Origin: an uncultured Planctomycetia bacterium
GTDB lineage: Bacteria > Omnitrophota > Gorgyraeia > JABMRG01
Direction of reading: 5' to 3'
NCBI GenBank assembly: GCA_964634945.1
Contig: CAZWMG010000005.1
Coordinates: forward strand, 16,306-80,305
Length of the DNA stretch: 64,000 nucleotides
A model generated the notes under the pieces. It saw only the letters and a program-made list of their open reading frames with translations. It had not been told where the DNA came from and did not search any database. The translations under genes and the position numbers were made by a program. Of this stretch, positions 1 through 9,281 are shown piece after piece; the first letter of the stretch is position 1, and each line of letters opens with the position of its first letter.

Positions 1-553
1 CAAGAAAGTTTACCTTTGTAACAGGACTAAAAAGAGAATCTATGGCAATAACGCCTAATGCCTGACTCTCTTTCTTGTTGCCATCCGAGGGAACATACCC
101 CCTGCCCCTGCCAACTTCAAGCTCTATATTAAGCTTTATATTCTTTGTAAGAGTCGCGATATGCATATCAGGGTTAATTATATCGAGTGTCTCATCGGAT
201 ATAATATCTCTTCCCGTAACCTCGCCTTTGCGATGAACCTTTATAAATATAGGTTTTGGCGACGCGGTGTGACTTCTCAGGACCAAGCTCTTTATGTTTA
301 ATATAATCTGCGTAGCGTCCTCAACTACTCCGGGTATAGACGCGAATTCATGTGAAACACCCTCTATCTTTATGCTCGTTACAGCGGTTCCTTCAACAGA
401 AGAAAGCAGAACCCTTCTTAGGCTATTACCAAGTGTGGCACCATAACCTCTTTCGAAAGGTTCAGCGATAAATTCGCCATAAGTATCTGTAAGCGTATCT
501 TCATTCGCTTTCAGTAATTTTGGCATTTCAAAATTTCTCCAAGCTATACCCAT
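1..553 (-). CDS. rpoA: DNA-directed RNA polymerase alpha subunit, N-terminal part (gene continues beyond window start)
   Basis: Minus-strand translation from ATG at 553 (GGAG 8 nt upstream) gives ...FIAEPFERGYGATLGNSLRRVLLSSVEGTAVTSIKIEGVSHEFASIPGVVEDATQIILNIK..., the RpoA NTD signature. No stop before coordinate 1. Not in the ORF track because it is incomplete. Confidence 0.85.
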   Translation of the reverse strand, partial: MGIAWRNFEMPKLLKANEDTLTDTYGEFIAEPFERGYGATLGNSLRRVLLSSVEGTAVTSIKIEGVSHEFASIPGVVEDATQIILNIKSLVLRSHTASPKPIFIKVHRKGEVTGRDIISDETLDIINPDMHIATLTKNIKLNIELEVGRGRGYVPSDGNKKESQALGVIAIDSLFSPVTKVNFL

Positions 554-617
554 ATCTTTAACTCCTTATATTAGTTATTTCAAACGGATAACTATAAGAC
601 TACTTACTACTACAATT

Positions 618-700
618 TAGATCCTTCGTCGCTATCGCTCCTTAGGATAAATTCGCGCATACAACTTACGTCACTAACGTTGCGTAAGTTATGCGCTCAT
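618..700. repeat. Bipartite structured intergenic repeat, copy between rpsD stop and rpoA start
   Basis: TAGATCCTTCG..CCTTAGGATAAATTCGC..ATACAACTTACG-loop-CGTAAGTT..GCTCATTTA. It aligns module-for-module with the elements at 14981-15075 and 30621-30721, and its hairpin arms keep complementarity. Confidence 0.5.
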
Positions 701-1330
701 TTACTTAGAATAAAGTTCCACTATAAGCTGTTCCTCTATAGGGAAGGCAACATCTTCTCTGTCAGGTAAACTCAATACAGTTGCCGAAAGTTTACCTTCA
801 TCCAGATTGATCCATTTAGGCAATCCTCGGTCCTTATTTACCTTTATGGCTTCTTCTATCTTTTTCTTGTCCTCTTCCTTTATCTTAAGAGTTATTACAT
901 CGTCTTTCCTTATAAGATAGGACGGGATATTTACCTTTGAGCCATTTACAGTTATACCGTTATGCTTAACGATTTGACGCGCTTGCGCACGAGAAGCGGC
1001 AAAGCATGACCTAAAAACCACATTATCAAGGCGCCTCTCAAGCATCTGCAAGAGAATCTCACCCGTAACGCCCTTCTGTTTTTCGGATTTTTGGAAATAA
1101 CCGCGAAATTGCTTCTCTAAAACACCGTATATGCGCTTTACCTTCTGTTTTTCACGCAACTGCATTCCATAATCCGATACCTTGGTTCTTCTTCGCTGGC
1201 CATGCTGTCCGGGACTATAGCCCCTTTTGTCAAAAGAACACTTGGCACTTACGCAACGCGTGCCTTTTATAAACAACTTAATGCCTTCTCTTCTGCATAA
1301 TCTGCACATAGAACCTATACGCCTTGCCAT
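701..1330 (-). CDS. rpsD: 30S ribosomal protein S4
   Basis: MARRIGSMCRLCRREG... N-terminus and KHNGITVNG motif. It sits in the alpha-operon position after rpsK. Confidence 0.95.
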   Translation of the reverse strand: MARRIGSMCRLCRREGIKLFIKGTRCVSAKCSFDKRGYSPGQHGQRRRTKVSDYGMQLREKQKVKRIYGVLEKQFRGYFQKSEKQKGVTGEILLQMLERRLDNVVFRSCFAASRAQARQIVKHNGITVNGSKVNIPSYLIRKDDVITLKIKEEDKKKIEEAIKVNKDRGLPKWINLDEGKLSATVLSLPDREDVAFPIEEQLIVELYSK

Positions 1331-1459
1331 ATTTACTCCTTAATAAATAGGTAGAGGTAAAGTTAAAGGTAGAGCTAAACATCCCACTTTTCTACGACTC
1401 TTTGTCTTTGCCTTTGCCTTTTTCATTTGATCGAATTTTTACACACTCATCAATTACCG

Positions 1460-1846
1460 TTACACGCGCCTTCTCTTTGGCGGCCTGCAGCCATTGTGTG
1501 GTATAGGTGTAGTATCAGTAATTGAACTGACCTGTAGGCCTGCTGCCTGTATAGATCTTATTGTGGACTCCCTTCCTGAACCAGGGCCCTTTACAAAAAC
1601 ATCTATCTTTTGCATGCCAAACTCTTTTGCCTTTTTGGCTGCCTTATCTGCCGCGATCTGCGCGGCAAAAGGGGTGGACTTTTTTGAGCCCTTAAACCCT
1701 GACCCGCCGCTGGATGCCCAACACAATGTATTACCCTCAGGATCAGTAATGGTAATAATAGTATTATTAAAAGTCGCTAAGATATAAGCAACCCCAGCCG
1801 GCACATTACGTTTTATCTTCTTTTTTACCTTTGTCTTTTTTACCAC
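1460..1846 (-). CDS. rpsK: 30S ribosomal protein S11 (GTG start)
   Basis: [44 protein letters not shown] sits 9 nt upstream of GTG. Confidence 0.95.
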   Translation of the reverse strand: MVKKTKVKKKIKRNVPAGVAYILATFNNTIITITDPEGNTLCWASSGGSGFKGSKKSTPFAAQIAADKAAKKAKEFGMQKIDVFVKGPGSGRESTIRSIQAAGLQVSSITDTTPIPHNGCRPPKRRRV

Positions 1847-1867
1847 TCTTGCTTCTCCTTTAATGAG

Positions 1868-1948
1868 TCCCTATGCTTTCTTATGAAAGCAAGAATAGGG
1901 ACGAATTAACCCCCGTCGCTTTATTTCGCAAAGCGAAACAGCGGGGGT
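1868..1948. repeat. Two stable hairpins in the rpsM-rpsK spacer (CCCTAT-GCTTTC..GAAAGC-ATAGGG and ACCCCCG..CGGGGGT)
   Basis: Inverted repeats read directly. The first hairpin is homologous to the hairpin embedded in the element at 32234-32262 (CCCCTATGCTTTATTGTAAAAGCGAGAATATGGG). Confidence 0.4.
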
Positions 1949-1966
1949 GCAACTACCCACGAATAA

Positions 1967-2338
1967 TTATTTCTTTCTCTGTACACCAACCGTACGCTTT
2001 GGTCCTTTTCGCGTACGGGCGTTTGTCTTGCTCGATTGACCTCTTACAGGCAGTCCTTTTTTGTGACGTTGGCCCCTGTAAGTACCGATATCCATGTTTC
2101 GCTTGATGTTCCCCGCTACTTCCCTGCGCAGATCGCCCTCAACATTATGGGCTTTCTGTATCGTAGTAGTAAGCTTGGCGATCTCTTCTTCTGTCAAATC
2201 CTTTGCCTTTACATGGGGCTCTATCTGCGCAATCTTAAGTATCTGATTAGATACGACTCTGCCAACACCATGTATATAGGTCAATGAAATTTCAATTCTT
2301 TTCTCTTTTGGTATATCAACACCACAAATTCTCGGCAT
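1967..2338 (-). CDS. rpsM: 30S ribosomal protein S13
   Basis: [26 protein letters not shown]... with a K/R-rich C-terminus. Confidence 0.95.
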   Translation of the reverse strand: MPRICGVDIPKEKRIEISLTYIHGVGRVVSNQILKIAQIEPHVKAKDLTEEEIAKLTTTIQKAHNVEGDLRREVAGNIKRNMDIGTYRGQRHKKGLPVRGQSSKTNARTRKGPKRTVGVQRKK

Positions 2339-2351
2339 TTGTTGCTCCTTT

Positions 2352-2400
2352 TATTCGGTATTCGGTTTTCGGTGTTCGGTTTTCGCGGTAACCGCAAACC
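2352..2400. repeat. Four tandem 7-mers (sense strand ACCGAAn) followed by a GCGG-TTA-CCGC hairpin, immediately 5' of the rpsM SD
   Basis: Plus strand has ttcggt at 2354, 2361, 2368 and 2375 (period 7). Sense strand reads GGTTTGCGGTTACCGCGAAAACC GAACACCGAAAACCGAATACCGAATAAAAGGAG caacaa ATG. Confidence 0.6.
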
Positions 2401-2419
2401 AATCACCTACCACCAAAAT

Positions 2420-2533
2420 TCAGCCCTGCCTCTGCTTATGCTTAGGGTTTTTGCAAATTACCCTTACAACGCCTTTGCGTCTTATGATCTTACATCCTGT
2501 ACACATTATTCTTACTGATGACCTTACCTTCAT
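2420..2533 (-). CDS. rpmJ: 50S ribosomal protein L36 (missed by ORF track, 37 aa)
   Basis: Minus-strand ATG at 2533, 5 nt after the infA stop, gives [37 protein letters not shown]. This is the canonical L36 zinc-ribbon sequence in the canonical infA-rpmJ-rpsM position. Confidence 0.85.
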   Translation of the reverse strand: MKVRSSVRIMCTGCKIIRRKGVVRVICKNPKHKQRQG

Positions 2534-2538
2534 GAATA

Positions 2539-2754
2539 TTACTTCTCCCTGTATATAATCCTGCCCTTTGTTAAATCATAAGGAGATAACTCTAGCTTAA
2601 CCTTATCTCCGGGCAGTATTCTGATAAAATACATTCTCATCTTGCCTGAAACATGTGCCAATATCTTATGGCCATTTTCAAGCTCTACCCTGAATCTCGC
2701 GTTTGGTAGTGCCTCAAGTATAGTTCCTTCTACTTCTATCGCTTCTTCTTTCAT
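2539..2754 (-). CDS. infA: Translation initiation factor IF-1
   Basis: 71 aa S1-like protein ...[42 protein letters not shown]. Confidence 0.95.
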   Translation of the reverse strand: MKEEAIEVEGTILEALPNARFRVELENGHKILAHVSGKMRMYFIRILPGDKVKLELSPYDLTKGRIIYREK

Positions 2755-2771
2755 AAAATTACTTACTCTCT

Positions 2772-3524
2772 CTACATTATGCCATCTGTTAATATCTCTG
2801 GCCCATCGTGGGTAATCGCTACTGTGTGCTCAAAATGCGCCGCAAGACTACGATCTCTTGTTACTGCGGTCCAACCGTCCTCTAATATCTCTATTTCATG
2901 GCCTCCCGCACTGACCATCGGTTCAATCGCGAGAACCATACCCTTCTTAAGCCTGACTCCCATGCCGGGTTGACCAAAATTTGGTATTTGAGGATCCTCG
3001 TGCAGATTAGCGCCTATGCCATGACCGACAAAATCTCTTATAATCGATAGATTATTATCCTCTACGTGATTCTGTATGGCGCAGGAAATATCCGAGATCC
3101 TGTTCCCCAAATTAGCGCTGTCGATAGCTTTATACAACGCCCCTTTTGTAATCTCAATGAGCTTAGCTGCTTTTGAATCTATCTTTCCTATCCCTACCGT
3201 AATAGCGGCATCTGAAAAATAGCCTTCATACTCAACCCCGACATCGATGCTTAATATATCTTTTTCTTGCAAAACCCTGTTATTGGGAATGCCGTGCACG
3301 ATCTCTTCATTGACTGACGCGCAAATTGCTTTTGGAAAACCCTTATAACCTAAAAACGCGCACTTCGCGCCTGAGGCAATAATGCTCTCTCTGGCTATAT
3401 TATCGAGCTGATCGGTAGTTACGCCGGGTTTTATAAAAGGCTTAATAGCAACAATAGCTTCCCTTAAAATCCTTGATGCCTGCCTCATCTTTTCAATCTG
3501 GTCAGAGGACTTCAGTTCTATCAT
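2772..3524 (-). CDS. map: Methionine aminopeptidase type I
   Basis: 250 aa with metal-ligand motifs (D..D..H..E..E) and the VGHGIG segment typical of MetAP. Position is between adk and infA. Confidence 0.95.
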   Translation of the reverse strand: MIELKSSDQIEKMRQASRILREAIVAIKPFIKPGVTTDQLDNIARESIIASGAKCAFLGYKGFPKAICASVNEEIVHGIPNNRVLQEKDILSIDVGVEYEGYFSDAAITVGIGKIDSKAAKLIEITKGALYKAIDSANLGNRISDISCAIQNHVEDNNLSIIRDFVGHGIGANLHEDPQIPNFGQPGMGVRLKKGMVLAIEPMVSAGGHEIEILEDGWTAVTRDRSLAAHFEHTVAITHDGPEILTDGIM

Positions 3525-4180
3525 ATAAGTCTTTCGCTACCAAAGAGCTCGTAAAGAACGTCGTATAGCGCCCTTACTTCTAAATCGCCTGAAACGGTCT
3601 TGAGAACGTCATTCTTACCATAATAATCTATCAGCTCCTTGGTCTGGTCTTCGTAAACCTTGAGCCGTTTTAACACAGTCTCTTCTTTATCATCATCACG
3701 CTGGTAAAGCTCTCCGCCACAATAGTCACACACACCGGGTGTCTTTGGAGCGATATTTTGCATGTGAAAAATACTGCCGCATTGGTTGCATATCCGTCTT
3801 CCTGTAAGCCTCGATATAATTATATCTTTAGAGGTCTTCATATATACGACCATATCGAGATGTATGCCTATCTCGTTAAGCGCGTCATCTAATGCCTTTG
3901 CCTGCTCCCTCGTACGGGGGTAACCATCTAATATAAAACCTGAATCCTTAACATCTTCCTGAGATAACCGTTTAGCAACTATCTCATTTACTAACTCATC
4001 CGGCACAAGGGCTCCACTATTCATGTACTCCGCTAGTTTTTTACCTAGCTCGTCACCATTCTTAGCTGCCTCTCTGAATATATCTCCCGTAGATATATGT
4101 ATAAGTGAGAGATTCTCAGAAAGTACTTTTGCCTGGGTGCCCTTACCCGCCCCTGGTGGGCCTAATAAGACTAATCTCAA
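3521..4180 (-). CDS. adk: Adenylate kinase (zinc-lid type, CxxC..CxxC)
   Basis: GPPGAGKGTQ P-loop and lid CNQCGSIFH...CDYCGGEL. Its 4-nt overlap with map is typical. Confidence 0.95.
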   Translation of the reverse strand: MRLVLLGPPGAGKGTQAKVLSENLSLIHISTGDIFREAAKNGDELGKKLAEYMNSGALVPDELVNEIVAKRLSQEDVKDSGFILDGYPRTREQAKALDDALNEIGIHLDMVVYMKTSKDIIISRLTGRRICNQCGSIFHMQNIAPKTPGVCDYCGGELYQRDDDKEETVLKRLKVYEDQTKELIDYYGKNDVLKTVSGDLEVRALYDVLYELFGSERLI

Positions 4181-5526
4181 CGCCTGCTCCTTAGTTTGCC
4201 TTTCTTTAAGAAACCTTCATAATGCCTCATAAGAAGCTGCGATTCTACTTGTTTCATTGTATCTAACATAACACCTACCGTAATAAGTATAGCTGTTCCA
4301 CCAAAAAAGCTAGCTACCAAATACGGTATATGTAACGAACGGCTTATCCAGTTAGGTGATATAGCTATCAACGCTAGGAATATAGCGCCAGGGAGCGTAA
4401 CCCTGTTTAGTATATACTCAAAATATTGCGCAGTAGGCTTACCGGGACGAATTCCAGGTATAAAACCGCCGTATTTTTTCATATTATCCGAAACCTCTAC
4501 GGGATTAAATGTGATAGCAGTATAAAAATAACAGAAAAATATTATTAGAAGCGAATACATTAAACTATATACAAGGTTCTGTTTTAATAGAAAATTCGCG
4601 GCGTTCTGAAAAGCGGCGTTAGGTATAAATCCGGCTATAGTAGCGGGGAACATCAAGAGCGATTGCGCGAATATAATAGGAATAACGCCTGCGTGGTTTA
4701 CCCTAAAAGGAATATAAGTACTCTGTCCGCCATAGACCTTCCTGCCTATAATCCTTTTCGCGTACTGTACAGGTATCCTGCGCTGTCCTTGTGTTATCAT
4801 AATAACAGCGACTATAACCACTATCAACAAAAGAATCATGAATAGCAACTTAAAGACGCTTACCTGGGTCTGTGATGTAGATGTAGGGGCTAACAATAAG
4901 ATCAACTGCCTTATAGCGACAGGTAGGCGCGAAACAATTCCGGCTGTGATAATTATCGACATGCCGTTGCCAATACCATACTCTGATATCTGCTCACCCA
5001 GCCACATTATGAAGGCGGTACCACTGGCAAACGTCAATATAGTTAAGAGCCTGAAGCCTAAGCCCGGGAATTGCACTATTTGAACGCCCTGAAAATGAGC
5101 CGGATTCTCAACCCAGAGGCTTATGAAAAACGCCTGCACTATAGCAAGCAGGACCGTTCCAAGCCTTGTATACTGCGTTATCTTCTTTCGGCCTTCTTCC
5201 CCGCCTTCCTTGGCTAATTTTTCCAATGAAGGGATAACGGTGGTTAATAGCTGCATTATAATGGAAGCTGATATATAGGGCATAATACCCAATGCGAATA
5301 TCGTAAGCTTTGATATCGCGCCGCCGCTAAAAAGATCCATAATACCAAAAAGTGTGCCACCCGTACTTTTTGCCATGTTTTCAAAGAACTGCGCAAGTGC
5401 CGCGCCATCAATACCTGGAGTAGGTATATACGCGCCAAGCCTATAGACCGCGATTAGGCCAAATGTTACAAAAATCTTCTTTCGTAGATCGGGTATCTTA
5501 AATATATTACTCAGTGCTGCAAACAT
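4177..5526 (-). CDS. secY: Preprotein translocase SecY
   Basis: 449 aa with 10 predicted TM helices and the conserved GIMPYISASIIMQLL segment. Confidence 0.95.
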   Translation of the reverse strand: MFAALSNIFKIPDLRKKIFVTFGLIAVYRLGAYIPTPGIDGAALAQFFENMAKSTGGTLFGIMDLFSGGAISKLTIFALGIMPYISASIIMQLLTTVIPSLEKLAKEGGEEGRKKITQYTRLGTVLLAIVQAFFISLWVENPAHFQGVQIVQFPGLGFRLLTILTFASGTAFIMWLGEQISEYGIGNGMSIIITAGIVSRLPVAIRQLILLLAPTSTSQTQVSVFKLLFMILLLIVVIVAVIMITQGQRRIPVQYAKRIIGRKVYGGQSTYIPFRVNHAGVIPIIFAQSLLMFPATIAGFIPNAAFQNAANFLLKQNLVYSLMYSLLIIFFCYFYTAITFNPVEVSDNMKKYGGFIPGIRPGKPTAQYFEYILNRVTLPGAIFLALIAISPNWISRSLHIPYLVASFFGGTAILITVGVMLDTMKQVESQLLMRHYEGFLKKGKLRSRR

Positions 5527-5575
5527 TGTTATTCCTTGTATCTGGTATTTTTATATGAAGGTAAAGGTAGAGATA

Positions 5576-6091
5576 TTATACTTTACCTACTTCACCTTCA
5601 CCTTTTCCTTCACCTTTATTATTAAAGCCTATAGGTGAGCGCTTCTTCAATAAGAGAATGCTTCCACCTGCTTCTTCTATGGCTTCCTTAGCTTTCTTAC
5701 TAAAAGCATGGGCGTGAACCTCTAAGCTCTTTTTAAACTTATCCGCGCTTAATACCTTTATAAGGCCCCGCGCATCCTTGATAAAGCCTTTCTTTTTCAG
5801 TAGTTCAGGAGTAACAGGCTTATCACCGGAAAGAGTATTAAGATCTTTGCTGCTAACAAGCTGGTACTCTTTTTTGTTCTGACTGGCAAAGCCTCTCTTT
5901 GGCAATCTTCTCATAAGCGGCATCTGCCCGCCCTCAACACCTTTATACTTCTTGGTATTTCCGCGCGCAGTCTGCCCTTTATGGCCACGACAGGCTGTCT
6001 TTCCATGGCCTGAACCTTGTCCCAATCCACGTCTCTTTGTCTTTTTATTGGCGCCCTTAGGCTGGATTAAATAATCTGTTATTGCCATCAT
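5576..6091 (-). CDS. rplO: 50S ribosomal protein L15 (with C-terminal extension)
   Basis: KRRGLGQGSGHGKTACRGHKGQTARG glycine-rich L15 motif. 171 aa is longer than typical. Confidence 0.9.
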   Translation of the reverse strand: MMAITDYLIQPKGANKKTKRRGLGQGSGHGKTACRGHKGQTARGNTKKYKGVEGGQMPLMRRLPKRGFASQNKKEYQLVSSKDLNTLSGDKPVTPELLKKKGFIKDARGLIKVLSADKFKKSLEVHAHAFSKKAKEAIEEAGGSILLLKKRSPIGFNNKGEGKGEGEVGKV

Positions 6092-6688
6092 TTACTCGCT
6101 ATCTGCAGGTTTACTGACTAGATTACGTACTTCATTTGTAGCCTTTAAGTCTTTGAAACCTGTCGCTGTTGCTTTTACTATGTTAAAAGGGTTATTCGAT
6201 CCTAAGCATTTTGTAAGTACGTCTCTTATGCCCGCCGCGTCACACATCGCCCTTGTTGCCCCACCGGCTATTACACCTGTTCCTTCACCAGCCGGCTTTA
6301 ACAATACCCTGCCAGCGCCATAAACACCGATAACTTCATGCGGAATAGTTGAGCCTTTAAGCGTTACGCTAAACATAGTCTTGCGCGCGTCATTTAAGCC
6401 CTTCTTAATCGCGTCAGCAACTTCATTGGCCTTACCAAAGCCATATCCAACATTGCCTTTTCTGTCACCGACTACAACCAGGGCGCTAAAACCTATCTTC
6501 TTACCACCCTTTGTAACCTTTGAAGTACGGTTTATCTTAAGAACCTTTTCAAACATCTCATCCTGCTGCTCTTTGGCAGGCGCGGATGCCGGTTCTTTTG
6601 GCAGAATCTTTTTTACCACTTCTTTACTTTTATCCGTTTCGGGATTTGTCTTTACGTTCTTATCTGTATTCTCTTGAGCCAAAATCAT
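6092..6688 (-). CDS. rpsE: 30S ribosomal protein S5 (about 45-aa acidic/lysine N-terminal extension; exact start uncertain)
   Basis: Core SKVTKGGKKIGFSALVVVGDRKGNVGYGFGKANEV. The ATG at 6688 lies only 2 nt after GGAGGA. A TTG two codons in has better spacing. Confidence 0.9.
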   Translation of the reverse strand: MILAQENTDKNVKTNPETDKSKEVVKKILPKEPASAPAKEQQDEMFEKVLKINRTSKVTKGGKKIGFSALVVVGDRKGNVGYGFGKANEVADAIKKGLNDARKTMFSVTLKGSTIPHEVIGVYGAGRVLLKPAGEGTGVIAGGATRAMCDAAGIRDVLTKCLGSNNPFNIVKATATGFKDLKATNEVRNLVSKPADSE

Positions 6689-6703
6689 ATCCTCCTAAAT
6701 GTT

Positions 6704-7066
6704 CTAAAATACCAATCCTGCTTTTCGCGCTGAATCAGCAAAAGCCTTTATCCTGCCGTGAAATAAGAGTCCGCCTTTATCGAATACGACTTTTGTTACA
6801 TCTTTTTCCTTGGCCTTCTCAGCTACTAACGTGCCGAGCAAGACAGCGGATTTTATGTTGCCGCCGCAGGCTGCGCTGTTTTTTGCGTCCTTGCTAAATG
6901 TTGATACAGAGACAATGGTCTTTCCATCGGTATCATTTATTACCTGCGCGGATAGGTTCTTTAATGACCTATATACACATAGTCTAGGCCGCTGGCTCGT
7001 CCCTATTACTTTTTTTCTTGCCCGCTTATGCCTTATCTCTCTTTGTCTTATACGTTTTTTCTGCAT
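6704..7066 (-). CDS. rplR: 50S ribosomal protein L18
   Basis: MQKKRIRQREIRHKRARKK...RLCVYRSLKN. The SD AAGGA sits 5 nt upstream. Confidence 0.95.
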   Translation of the reverse strand: MQKKRIRQREIRHKRARKKVIGTSQRPRLCVYRSLKNLSAQVINDTDGKTIVSVSTFSKDAKNSAACGGNIKSAVLLGTLVAEKAKEKDVTKVVFDKGGLLFHGRIKAFADSARKAGLVF

Positions 7067-7075
7067 TTTAATCCT

Positions 7076-7108
7076 TTAACTTTTGTAGCTTTTGTAACTT
7101 TTGTAACC
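7076..7108. repeat. Three tandem 9-mers (sense strand TTACAAAAG) in the rplF-rplR spacer, with the SD-containing unit TTAAAGGAT as a diverged fourth copy
   Basis: Sense strand reads TAA AGGTTACAAAAGTTACAAAAGCTACAAAAGTTAAAGGATTAAA ATG. The same 9-mer family recurs at 54497-54540 in opposite orientation. Confidence 0.6.
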
Positions 7109-7109
7109 T

Positions 7110-7646
7110 TTAAGCCACAGTCTTGCCTGCCTTCTTTCTAACATACTCGCCAACATACCTTATGCCTTTGCCTTTATAGGGTTCCGGCTTGTAAAAAAGG
7201 CGAATCTCCGCGGCAATCTGGCCGACTTGCTGCTTGTCTATCCCTTTTAGTATTATCTGTGTCGGCTTAGGTGTTTCAATAGCAATCCCTTCAGGGATAT
7301 CATACTCTATAGGGTGTGAAAATCCTAAATTCAGAACCAGCTTCTTGCCATTTAGCTGAGCCTTAAAACCAACTCCTTGAATCTCAAGCTCTTTTGAAAA
7401 ACCCTCTGTTACACCAATCACCATATTATTAATCAGCGCACGTACAAGGCCGTGCTTCATCCTGTGATCCTTAATATCTGATATTCTGGTTACTATGCAC
7501 TGATCATCCTTGAGCTCTACCTTTACGCCATAAGGAAGACTAAAATCGAGTTTGCCCTTAGCGCCCTCGACCTTTACTAGTTCCTTGTCTATGGTCACCT
7601 TGACTCCGGCAGGTACTTTTATAGGCTGTTTTCCTACGCGTGACAT
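7110..7646 (-). CDS. rplF: 50S ribosomal protein L6 (start moved to the ATG with AGGAG 4 nt upstream; the ORF-track start is an upstream TTG)
   Basis: MSRVGKQPIKVPAGVKVTIDKELVKVEGAKGKL matches the L6 N-terminus. The stop is TAA at 7110. Confidence 0.9.
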   Translation of the reverse strand: MSRVGKQPIKVPAGVKVTIDKELVKVEGAKGKLDFSLPYGVKVELKDDQCIVTRISDIKDHRMKHGLVRALINNMVIGVTEGFSKELEIQGVGFKAQLNGKKLVLNLGFSHPIEYDIPEGIAIETPKPTQIILKGIDKQQVGQIAAEIRLFYKPEPYKGKGIRYVGEYVRKKAGKTVA

Positions 7647-7654
7647 AATTCTCC

Positions 7655-8059
7655 TTACCAAACGTGGCAGAGAAGCTCTCCGCCGATATTAGATTTGCGA
7701 CATTCACTGTCTGTTAATACGCCTTTTGACGTTGATATAATAGCTATGCCTCTACCACCCAAAACTTCCTGTAGATCCTCAGATTGCTTGTAGATACGTA
7801 ATCCGGACTTTGATATCTTCTTCAAGTTTGTTATTGCCGGGGCTTTCAACGTATCAGGAGAGTACTTAAGATATATCCTGAGCTTACCTTGACGGTTATC
7901 CTTAAGAACCCTGTAATCACGTATAAAGCCTTCTCGTTTCAATATTTCGCATATTGATTTACGCAAACCTGATAAGGGGCATTCCAGATTTTCCTTCTTC
8001 ACAGAAGAAGCGTTTCTTATGATAGTTATAAAATCAGCTACTGTATCTGTTTGTGACAT
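7655..8059 (-). CDS. rpsH: 30S ribosomal protein S8
   Basis: MSQTDTVADFITIIRNASSVKKENLECPLSGLRKSICEILKREGFI. Confidence 0.95.
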   Translation of the reverse strand: MSQTDTVADFITIIRNASSVKKENLECPLSGLRKSICEILKREGFIRDYRVLKDNRQGKLRIYLKYSPDTLKAPAITNLKKISKSGLRIYKQSEDLQEVLGGRGIAIISTSKGVLTDSECRKSNIGGELLCHVW

Positions 8060-8084
8060 ATTATAATCTCCGATTTATTCGCTC

Positions 8085-8159
8085 GTAATTCGTGTTGCGC
8101 AATTTTCGTCGTGCGTCACGCAATACCTGCCTCGCCTGCAGGCGGGCGCAATACGAGAG
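8085..8159. repeat. TATTGCG(T)-rich structured spacer between rpsN and rpsH
   Basis: Sense strand has CTCGTATTGCGCCCGCCTGCAGGCGAGGCAGGTATTGCGTGACGCACGACGAAAATTGCGCAACACG. rpsN and rpsH are normally nearly adjacent but are 100 nt apart here. Confidence 0.45.
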
Positions 8160-8345
8160 TTACCAACTAGCCTTTGTAACTCCCGGTATCTCACCGCGCG
8201 ATGCCATCTCTCTAAAACATATCCTGCATAAGCCAAACCTTCTGATAAAACCACGGGGCCTCCCGCAGAGCATGCAACGATTATAGGCTCGCACGCTGAA
8301 TTTGGGCTTACGCTTCTGCTTCTCTATTAATGCTTTTTTAGCCAA
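8160..8345 (-). CDS. rpsN: 30S ribosomal protein S14, zinc-binding short form (type Z)
   Basis: 61 aa with [20 protein letters not shown] (Cys4 zinc ribbon). Confidence 0.9.
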   Translation of the reverse strand: MAKKALIEKQKRKPKFSVRAYNRCMLCGRPRGFIRRFGLCRICFREMASRGEIPGVTKASW

Positions 8346-8354
8346 TCTAAACTC

Positions 8355-8936
8355 CTATTTCTGCGCAAAAGGCATGCCGAACAGTTTTAAAAGTTCCTTA
8401 GATGCCTCAACATTAGATCTAACGATTGTTAATGTTACTGTCATACCTCTAACATTAGTTACCTTATCAATGTCAAGTTCAGGAAAAATAGTATGTTCGG
8501 TTATACCAAGTGAATAATTACCATTTCCATCAAAAGATTTTAATGATATACCACGAAAATCTCTAATTCTCGGCAATGCTATATTAATTAAACGGTCAAA
8601 AAACTCGTACATCTTCTTGCCTCGCAGCACTACAGCACAACCGATAGGCAGGCCTTTTCTCAGCTTAAAATTCGAGATAGCCTTCTTGGCTCTGGTCATA
8701 ATAGGCATCTGGCCTACAAGCTGAGCCAGTTCCTTTTGAGCATCCTCGACAAGCTTTGCATCCTGCGCGCCTAAACCTATGCCCATATTAACAGTAATCT
8801 TTGTAATATACGGAACCTGGAACTTATTCTTGTAGCCAAACTTCTCTATCATGGCCGGAACTATCTCATTATTATATTTTTCCTGCAATCTCGATTTCTT
8901 AGCCGCTTCTACGCCAGTATTCATACTATCCACCAT
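8355..8936 (-). CDS. rplE: 50S ribosomal protein L5 (start could be the ATG at 8924)
   Basis: YKNKFQVPYITKITVNMGIG...GMPIMTRAKKAISNFKLRKG L5 core. The first ATG is 3 nt after the rplX stop. Confidence 0.9.
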   Translation of the reverse strand: MVDSMNTGVEAAKKSRLQEKYNNEIVPAMIEKFGYKNKFQVPYITKITVNMGIGLGAQDAKLVEDAQKELAQLVGQMPIMTRAKKAISNFKLRKGLPIGCAVVLRGKKMYEFFDRLINIALPRIRDFRGISLKSFDGNGNYSLGITEHTIFPELDIDKVTNVRGMTVTLTIVRSNVEASKELLKLFGMPFAQK

Positions 8937-8939
8937 TCT

Positions 8940-9248
8940 CTATAATGTCTCTTTACAATTTTTGCAGATCCTAGCCTTCGCGCCATCTGAGAGCTGAGTA
9001 AAACCTACTCTGGCAGGCTTGCTACATCTAGTGCAGATCATTGCAACGTTAGAAATATTTATAGCGTTTTCCCTCTGGATAACGCCGCCTTTAGGATTCT
9101 CCTGGGTCTTTCTCGTATGCTTTTTCAGATAATTTATACCCTCAACAATAATCTTACTCTTTACTGGAAATATCTTAAGCACCTTACCCGATTTACCCTT
9201 ATCCTTACCTGCTATTACTTTAACTACATCATTTCTTTTGATTTTCAT
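8940..9248 (-). CDS. rplX: 50S ribosomal protein L24
   Basis: MKIKRNDVVKVIAGKDKGKSGKVLKIF KOW motif. Confidence 0.95.
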   Translation of the reverse strand: MKIKRNDVVKVIAGKDKGKSGKVLKIFPVKSKIIVEGINYLKKHTRKTQENPKGGVIQRENAINISNVAMICTRCSKPARVGFTQLSDGAKARICKNCKETL

Positions 9249-9281
9249 CTTTAATCTTTACCTTTACCTTTGCCTTTACCT

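Noticed and set aside
1494-1787. Plus-strand ORF (97 aa) antisense to rpsK. It is representative of about 60 plus-strand ORFs in the track, such as 4023..4232, 12040..12324, 20716..21138, 24594..25067, 35074..35523 and 39880..40614.
   Set aside because: All lie entirely within well-supported minus-strand genes (r-proteins, rpoB/rpoC, secY, ftsH and others). They have no SD and no recognisable motifs. Where the region is duplicated (15389..15880 and 31035..31526) they are carried passively. They are spurious antisense frames.
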